DNA of 64,000 nucleotides from Halichondria panicea (Eukaryota), in contig NC_087384.1 of assembly GCF_963675165.1 (NCBI RefSeq), positions 2,561,315-2,625,314 of the forward strand. Direction: 5' to 3'. The notes below the pieces were generated by a model. The model worked only from the letters and a program-made list of their open reading frames with translations. It was not told the DNA's origin and searched no databases. The position numbers were made by a program, and so were the translations under genes. Positions 13,701 to 22,152 of this stretch are shown here, in pieces. Positions within the stretch are counted from its first letter, which is position 1, and the number at the start of each line of letters is the position of its first letter.

Positions 13701-16700
13701 AGCAAAGAAACTAGGTGTGGAGCCAACGAGAAGTAAAATACTTGAGAAATTTGTGAGCTCTTCTAATCAATTTCAGAGTATTGAATTCGGTCAGCATGAA
13801 GAGTTAACTCACAGGATTCAAAACATCATAAGAGACTATCCGTTTGATATCACAATCCTTAAAGAACTACTTCAGAACACAGATGATGCCAAAGCAACTA
13901 AAATGTATATCATTATGGACATGCGGACACATGGAAATCAAGGAATAATTTCAAAGAATTGGGGTAAGCTTCAAGGCCCAGCTCTCTTGGTTTGGAACAA
14001 TAGTGTCTTTGCAGAGAAGGACTTGGTGGGCCTACAGAAATTGGGGCTAGGTAGTAAACGCACAGACTATGAAAGCATTGGTCAGTATGGCATCGGTTTC
14101 AATGTTGTTTACCACCTCACTGATTGCCCTAGCTTCATCACTGGAGGAGAAACAATGTGTGTACTGGATCCACACTGTGAGTATGTTCATGAAGCACATG
14201 TACTTTATCCAGGGAGAAGATTTGAAGGTTTGAGTAAGGGATTCTGGAAATCATTTCCTGATATGAGCTCCGCTTATCTGCAGTCTGGCCTTGAAAATTG
14301 CCCTCTTGAGCTTAGTGGTGGCTCTTTATTTCGATTTCCATTAAGACACACAAAACAACATTTGCTAGATTCGAAAATTATCCCCAGAGACAACTACGGA
14401 ATTCCCATTGATGATCCTATAACATCTAAAAGCATGCTCGAAAGGCTTAAAGAATGGGCACCTAGTATGAAAGAAGCAATGCTGTTTATTAATAACGTTA
14501 CGGAGCTGAAATTCATGGTTATAGCAGAAAATGGGAAAACTATAGATGTCATGAAAAGGTATTGCACTAAAGTTGAAGACTCAGCACAAGAGAGTCGTCT
14601 AGAGCTTCACAAAGCAATGTCAGATTTCGGCAAGAAGAAGGGAAACAAATCTCTTGTTATCAGATACCCATTAACCATCAGTGAAATACATTGCTCATCT
14701 GGAAAAGAAGCTAGAACTGATGAAAAGTGGTTAATACAACAGGGGTTGGGAGATATAGAGAACGAAGAACAGACATGGAGTTTTATTGACACAATCAAGC
14801 CGAGGCACGGGATTGCAGCTCCAATATCATTGCTACAGCCTCCCAAAATGTCATTCACTCAAGTTTTCCGGAGGACTACACCTCCAAGCGAGGAATCTTT
14901 GAAGGGCAAAGTTTTTTGTTCTTTGCCTCTACCAGTTACTTCAAACCTTCCTGTCCATATTAATGGAAATTTTATTCTTAACTCAACACGTAGAAACTTG
15001 TGGACTTCTACAGAGGAGGAGAGAGAAGACGATCGGTCTGTATGGAACAATCGACTGTTTCAAGCCATATCCTCTTCGTATGCAAACCTTCTCGAGCATT
15101 CTCAGTCATTTTATGTATCCATTGAACCATACAAGGAATGGTACACAGCAAACCATGATATCAGGAGGTACTACAATATCTATCCAGCTGCATCTAAAAT
15201 TGGTAAACCATTCACCAAGGTAGCAAAGAGCGTCTATAAGAAACTTGTTGCCCACAACGTTAACATTTTGGCTGTCGTAGAATGTGATGTACATCTTGTA
15301 CCAGGATTACAAAGCAGTGAAGCTAAACAATTGAAAGTGATTTGGCATCCCTATAAAAGCAGTAATCCATCTACCCAAGTGTATTTTTGGTCTACTATTG
15401 GCATTGATGATAAATGCACAAGGAGGGAAGTAAAGGTAATTCTCGAAAACATGGGCATGAAGCTGACAGCTGTGAGCAAGTTTATTCAATCTCAGCTCAA
15501 CCGACCCATTAAAAACAGTGGTGACAAGATCCCAAGCATCAACCCAGAAACTGTATTTGAGTACTACTCAAACTTTTGCTCTCAAGCAAGCAATACAGGA
15601 CAGTTCCCATGTCAAATCAGTGACACTGTTTTTGGAGATGTGTTTACATTCAAACTGTTCACTGAATACCTCCTGCGTGCAATAAAGACTAGCACTCCAG
15701 TTGCCGAAGTATCACTTGACATCAATACTGCAGAGATTATAACCAGTCCTACTGAGCCTTTAGAATACCTCCTGCATGCAAAAGATACAGTTGCCGTTAC
15801 GTCACCCGGCATTAATACGGCAGAGGTTATAACTAGTCCTCCTGAGTCATTAGAAGACCACCACCTCCTGAATGCAAAAAAGACTAGCACTATAACTCCC
15901 GATGTATCACCCGACATCAATACGACAGAGATTGTAACTATTCCTACTGATCCCTTAAAATTCTCAAAGGAACCATTTGGTCATCCACTTCTTTTAACTG
16001 CCGATGGCCTTCTGAGGAGATTCCATCAAAATGAAAAAGTTGTTAACTCCAACTTTTCCAATCTTTTCCCTAATAGTTTAGACTGTTTTCTGCACCCTGA
16101 AATGACAAAAGTTGCGTACAGCATCAGGTATTTCGTTGAATGTGAGCCCTTATCAGACGATGCTTACAGTTGTATCTTTTTTGACAGGGTTTTAACCAAA
16201 AACTTAACTGGATGCTTCAAAACAAATCGAATATCTCAGCTTCCCCCAAGTCTGGCAAAAGAACAGTTAGTCAGTTACTGGAATTGCTTTTCAGAGGATC
16301 CAGTTTTCAGTTTCAATATGCCTCACTTGTTGAAGGAATGGGCTCTTCTTCCAAGTACCGCAGGCAGTATACATTCCTACAGTGACACTCTCGCACCAAT
16401 TTTTCCCATTAATATGGAGGAGGAGGAGGATGGTAAATATCTTAAAATTTACCAGGTCCTGCAACACGTTGGCATACCATTTCTAGACACACAAATTGTT
16501 GGCTCTGCTCTCCTGTCATGCCCAACTGTGTCAGACATTCCAGCTATTCTGAAGATATTGTTCCAATTAAATCAAGAAATAGACTTATCTGCTGTCCTTG
16601 ACAAAAAGATGATCAGTATTATCATATCGTACCTCAAGATCGTTAACCTCAGAGCTTCCCTTGACAGTGCTAGCCACATAAGGTCTCTTCCTCTATTTGA

Positions 16701-19700
16701 GTGTGTTGATGGCATTTTCAGATCATTACAAGATAAAAATGCCTATTTATGGCCCAGCAATGCTTGTAAAGCGGGTTATTCTGAATGGAACAAATTCGCT
16801 CCAAATGCTATCTTCTTGTATGAATGTGGCACCTGGAGAGATATTGGCTCTCCGAAGGTCCTTAGAATATATACTTTAGCTGCAGAAGATCTTTATTGCA
16901 AGTTTATCTTTAAATTTTTCTATTACCTCAGCGAGATAGACAGGTATGAACATCTAAATCATATCAGAGTCACTTTATTCGACAAAAATGTTGTGTACAA
17001 AAACAGCAAATCCATGCACGAAAAGGAAAACATAGAAAGAGCCAAACAGTTTCTCCAAAAACTGACTTCACTCTGCTGTATTGGCACTGACAAGTTGCGG
17101 CCTGTTAGCAGTTACTGTAATCATGAGATTGACATATTTGTTACTTTCCACAAGCACTTTTCCTTTCTCCCTGAATACTTCAAGGGTTCTCCAGCATGGA
17201 CTGAATGGCTAGATTTCTTCAAGGAACTAGGATTAAGGCACACTGTCAGTCACACTGAATTTCTCAAGTTCTGCAAAGAAACTGCTAGAGGAAGTCACGA
17301 GGATATTGAAATAACTTCGACAGTTCTCTTTGAATATCTATTATCGGACAGCGCTAAGAAGGCAGAATGGCATTTTGAAGAATATTTTCTACACCAAGTA
17401 GCAGATATACCATTTGTGCCTACACAACTCCTTCCAGAAGTGACATGGATCAGAAGTGCACAATGTGGGTCAAACAACATAGTGGTGAACAGGCGCATGT
17501 GCTCCCTTGCCAAACTCAATGAAGCTGCCATTACAGACTGTCCCATTCTCTTGTGGACCGTAAAGCCGATAGTAAAACTTCCTAAAAACTGGAGGCCGTT
17601 GATTTTTTATGAGCACCGCCTGTTAGCAGATCAATTAGGTATTTCATATGAGCTTGACATTTCTCGTGTGATTGAAAACATACGAAATATTTGTGCTTTG
17701 AAGAAATTCAGCAACTTTCAAAATTTTGATCATTATCCAGATTCTAACATACCCACTTCTGATAAAGCTGTGTCACTTATGACAGTGATGGTGGAAAACC
17801 TGACATTTTTACATAGGAAAGTACGTCAAGTTAGCAATGCTCACATACAGTTATTGAGGGGTATGCATTGCATTCCAGTGTATAGCACATTTGAGAAGAC
17901 ACACAAGAATCACATAGTGCTTGTGGAGCCATTCAGTGTCTTGCATTGTGATGAACTTTTAACCGACAACTATTATCCGTTTCTTCACAACCTTCCTGAG
18001 CAGTTAGGTTTTATAAGCTTCTTTCTGCAGCAGATTGGAGTAGAATCTTCGATCGGTTATAAGCACGTTCAGTTTGTCCTTCAGAAGGCCTACAAACTTT
18101 CCGCTGGGCAGGTACTTGAACAGAAAACAAGGACATGTGTTTTTGCAATAGTAGGGGAGCTCATCAATTTGTTAAGGGTTCAATCACCCAATGGTCAGTT
18201 TGACATAATTGGAGAGACCCTCTCTCCTCTGTACCTGCCTAGTGATAACATGACACTAGTCCTCTCAACACAATTGCTGTATGCTGATGAAAATTTCATG
18301 GGCAGAATTCATCTTGAGGAAACCCAGTATTCCCTTCTAAAGATTAGGGGAGAAGAAGGCAAGATCCAACTTTTTGAGAAAGATTTCTGTACAATGCTGC
18401 CAATGAAGGTTCGTCCTATTGGCTTATCAACGGTGTGTACCCAAACTGTTTTGCCAGAGTGTGAACCCATTGAACACATGAATGTTGGCAAAGCTTTGAA
18501 TGGAACATTTGAAATGAAAAACTTTCTGCCACAGGCCATTTCTGCATGTGTTCAATACTACGCCAAGGCCAGGCAACCTTTGAAAAATGTAGAAGCTATT
18601 GCTAGGGAGTTTTTGACCAGCACTGAAATAAAAACCCTAAGCCATTTACGAATGGCTGTCACTTTTAAAGAGGACCAAAAATTACTCGGTAACCTGGACT
18701 CCAAGTTCTACTTAGAAACAACTGGAGGCATTATCGGTGGGTGCTTGTACCTAGACTCGCAGTTGACAAATAATTTTAAAGTCGTAAGAGTTTTGTGCAA
18801 CCAACTGCTTGGGCTATTTAGAATGAAACTAAACGAGCAGCTAATTACTCCTGACCTGTACGATATCTTCATTCAGCTTTTAAGTGTCCAGAATCCACAA
18901 GAAGTTAAGGAAATTTTAGAGGACAATAGCATTCCTCTACCTGAAAAAGGAATGATGGATGACACCACTTTCAAATTAGGTAAAGAAGTTGCAGAGTGTT
19001 GGCATTATAGACTTGATCAAGCAGTTGAGAATATTTTCCATCCTGGAGAGATAGTGGGATATGAAATGATGGAGAGTTACATCGTTTATGTGCAGATTAT
19101 GCACCCTACTATGCCTGAAGGGTGTGAAAGCTTTGATTCCGTCCCTCGAATCAGTATGAAGTACAAAATACTAACACACCCAGACGATGAGGAAGGAAAA
19201 GAAGTGGGTGTGCTTAAGCTCTACAAATTCCTCAGAGGTTTGAAGAAAGAGACGATTCTGGCAGAAGGAACAGATTTTGCACCGTATTGGGGTGAAACAA
19301 ACACGATTTATGTGCAGCAGGAATTACAAGGCGAGAACCTTCACGAAATCAAAGATTCTCTACTACGTCAACTGGATGAGATATGGAAACTACCAAAAGA
19401 AGAGATAAAGAAAGCTATAAGACGTCTCTGTCTCAAGTGGCATCCCGATAAGAATCTGGATGACCCTGCTGTTGCTGAAGAGCTGTTCAAGTTCCTTAAT
19501 TCTGAGATATCAAGGAGAGATGTGGACAAGAACTTTGATATACATTGGGACGATCTGAACAGAACCGCACAGCGACAAAGAGAAAGCTATACAAGGCAGC
19601 AAGAGTCATCTTCACAATCACAAGCAAGGGGAGGTGGAATCGGTAGACCTACTGACTGGAGTGGAGCTTCTGCAGAGACACCACAATTTAAAGAGGAAGA

Positions 19701-20142
19701 TCTTCGGCCTGAAACAAATCCAGCTGAAGGAAGGCGCTGGTTAAAGCAAGCTGAGGCTAACTTTAAATCTCTTGTTGCATTGTTCACTGAAGCAATTCAT
19801 GAGGAGAAGATATGTGCTGATGTCTGCTTTATGGCTCACCAAGTAGCAGAGAAAGCTCTCAAAGGAGGCAAGTTCTTCGTGTGTGGATTAGACCCTAACT
19901 CTCTTACGAATCACTACATTGGCCCCCACGCATGTGGTCTACAGTCTGAATGTCCTGAAGAGACTCACGGACTTGTCAATCACACCACCCCCTTGGAGAA
20001 CTACTACCTCAATCCACGGTACCCCAATCGCTGGCCATCTGGTATTGTGCCAGCTGATATGTACAACTATGAGCACGCCAAGCAAGCTAAGGATCATGCC
20101 GAGGCTATATTGAGAATTATCAAGAACATTGTAGTCTACTAA
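4770..20142 (+). CDS. SACS: Sacsin-like giant chaperone. Three coding exons: 4770..4868, 5913..6171 and 7076..20142, about 4475 aa. It lacks the N-terminal ubiquitin-like domain found in human sacsin.
   Basis: Exon 1 encodes MMAGSEQFGQRRPPLSVTIRGILERYPDGQIFK, matching human sacsin [27 protein letters not shown]. Exon 2 encodes EIIQNADDAGAKTV...GSFGIGFNSVYHLT, the first HATPase-like sacsin repeat. The 13-kb exon holds two further repeats (LLQNADDAEATEV near 10890 and LLQNTDDAKATKMY near 13870). It also holds a J domain with HPD (LKWHPDKN near 19440) and a C-terminal HEPN-like region (19720-20140). Splice junctions fit GT..AG and the phases are consistent. Confidence 0.9.
5206..5616. mobile_element. 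MITE-like element in sacsin intron 1, with an internal direct duplication
   Basis: The TIRs are gtatatgctcgatcagaggcc near 5206 and ggctcctgatcaagcatatac near 5592. Internal direct repeats read aaacatttagtagccgc. Confidence 0.6.
15690..15960 (+). repeat. In-frame tandem repeat inside the sacsin giant exon, three copies of about 33 aa
   Basis: Translated repeats: TSTPVAEVSLDINTAEIITSPTEPLEYLL, then HAKDTVAVTSPGINTAEVITSPPESLEDHHLL, then NAKKTSTITPDVSPDINTTEIVTIPTDPLKF. An antisense ORF (15612..15920) is an artefact of the same repeat. Confidence 0.7.
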
Positions 20143-20272
20143 TATAAGTGTGTGTAACCAGAGGATTGTACCAATTGTATATAGTTGGCTATATTGAGAA
20201 TTATCAAGAACATTGTATTATAATATAAGTGTGTGTGTAACCAGAGGATTGTACCAATTGTGTAGTTGGACT
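20106..20272. repeat. Tandem duplication of about 85 bp, two copies, spanning the sacsin stop codon and proximal 3' UTR
   Basis: The motif ctatattgagaattatcaagaacattgta...taatataagtgtgtgtaaccagaggattgtaccaattgt occurs twice in direct succession. The first copy contains the last 12 codons and the TAA. Confidence 0.75.
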
Positions 20273-20423
20273 GTTCGACATTAATTTTATTTTTCAGTAC
20301 AAGAGATCGATGTTTAGATACACGTATTGTAAATATACATGTATGTACCTATAATTATATAATAATTATAATTCTGCAATTGGGAATTGATTGCCAAAAT
20401 GAGTAAAAGGAAGAATGAATAAG

Positions 20424-22004
20424 TCACTTATTAGATGGTGAGGGTGTGGAAACCTTAGATTTCACTCCGTCTGACGGTGAGGGGGATTTTGCCCGGGGAA
20501 CTTTCTCGAGCAGCTCAGGCATGTCCTTGACTTCGTCATAACGTTTCCAAAGTTTGTACAAATCAAGAATTTGAGTAGTAATCTCAAGAATCTTCCCCAT
20601 GTCTACGGATAGTTCGGCAAACCATCCTTTGACGTCTTTCTTGTTGACAACAGCTGCCATGTGAATTGCCGCAAGTGCTATCATGTAGGGAGGGTACATC
20701 AGGCACACATCACACCTGAAAGAGAGTATGGGCATGACACACACACACACATACATAACATGTGACACACACACATACGTAACATACAAACTCTGCGTGA
20801 GTGTCAGGCACACAATTGTGTACATATTTGAAATGACTTGAGAGCCAACCACTGTGTGTTAACCAACACAATGCTGACATACACGTAACATTAATTATAT
20901 ACATACATGTACACTTTTATGTGCTGGCCTGTTATGAAATAGTAATGGCAGGAGCAAATGAGGAGATGGTGCAGATTCTGTATCGTCCTGGCCTGCTATG
21001 TACCATTGCCATATAATTATGTCAAACCGCTAAGTGCTGCTAATTCACTATTATTAGGATCAAACGCGTTATCAGCCGCACAGGTAATGGGTTAGAGATA
21101 GTGAATACGCTCATAGTAAGACGCTCCATCTCCTCATGTGCTCCTGGTAATGTAATCGACATATATGTACTCTTTGGATGTTCATGTAACACAAATAATG
21201 TTATAATTATACAATTAATGGTCTTAAAAAAAGTTTGCAAATCTGATCTGGCATTTTATCATCAAATTACGAGGTCACGGATTTTAGGAGCTTTTCATTT
21301 TGGAATTAGGCTTTAATTATGAGCCGAGCAATTCATTTTCAGAGGTCTATAACTACATGTATAATGAAGCCTCTGCATTCTACACAAATGTACGTACGTT
21401 GGTTATGCAAGTTTCATGTGACAGTACAGTATACACACCTATATGTGTCGTTGACGATCCTCCAAGCTGTCGACAACAGGGTGTCCTGTTGTCCCATATC
21501 AGCCACGTAAAGGGTCAGAGGTCGGTAGGGATGGTACACAATCAAGCAACAATCCATCATTTCCAACAGAATAAACTCACACTCTTGGATGTTGTGTGCA
21601 TTGTACGGAAAGGCGTCTAGCTTAAATATGGCCGCATACTTCTGCCGGAACACGTGTTTACATCTCATAATGATATTATGAGCAGGCACCATTCCACATT
21701 CTTCTACTTTTGAGGCCAAGTGGATGCATGTTGGGCATAGGAGCAAGGGGTTTATATCCTTGAGGGAGTGTCGGGAATAGAACCTTTTGTAGTACACAAT
21801 TGCAGTTGAGATCACTTGTTGTCTCAGTTTTAACGGTTCAGCTCCTAGGCATTGAATGAAGTTAGCGAAAAATATGTGAACTTTTTGAAGATTTTCACTC
21901 GATTCAAGAAAAGTTAAGTCGTGCTGCTTTCCGATTTCAATCTCTTGCTTGTCCAACAGCCATTCTTGGTAGTGACTAGATTGCCAGAAGTTACCAGCCA
22001 TCAC
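20424..22004 (-). CDS. CCNC: Cyclin C, about 285 aa. Two exons on the minus strand: 21439..22004 and 20424..20715.
   Basis: Exon 1 encodes MMAGNFWQSSHYQEWLLDKQ...LLSTAWRIVNDTYR, matching human cyclin C MAGNFWQSSHYLQWILDKQD...LAWRIVNDTYR. Exon 2 encodes CDVCLMYPPYMIALAAIHMAAVVNKKDVKGWFAELSVDMGKILEI..., matching human TDLCLLYPPFMIALACLHVACVVQQKDARQWFAELSVDMEKILEI. The donor is AG|gtgtgt and the acceptor tttcag|G, with phase 2 into 1. An AATAAA signal on the minus strand lies near 20286..20291. Confidence 0.93.
20716..20800. repeat. Imperfect (CA)n/(CACATA)n microsatellite inside the single CCNC intron
   Basis: cacacacacacacatacataacatgtgacacacacacatacgtaacatac. Confidence 0.7.
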
Positions 22005-22152
22005 TATAAAATCATGTGTATATATCTTGCTTGTTTTCCTACGGTGGTTGTTTTACAATTTCAAATTTTCTTATAGAATTCGGATTATTAGAATCAATAA
22101 TTAAACCACAGGAATGTAATAACAACTTATAATTATTCTGTGTTTTCTAGCA

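Noticed and set aside
8015-19787. Numerous short ORFs of 60 to 165 aa on both strands inside the sacsin exon, for example 12558..13052, 15612..15920, 10637..10828 and 17295..17546
   Set aside because: They are shadow ORFs in alternative or antisense frames of a long coding exon, with no independent homology. The ORF at 15612..15920 is produced by the in-frame tandem repeat.
7021-20142. Treating the 4373-codon ORF as a stand-alone gene starting at the GTG at 7021
   Set aside because: Residues 1 to 18 of the ORF precede the tttcag acceptor at 7075. The real N-terminus comes from upstream exons 4770..4868 and 5913..6171, which encode the first sacsin HATPase motif.
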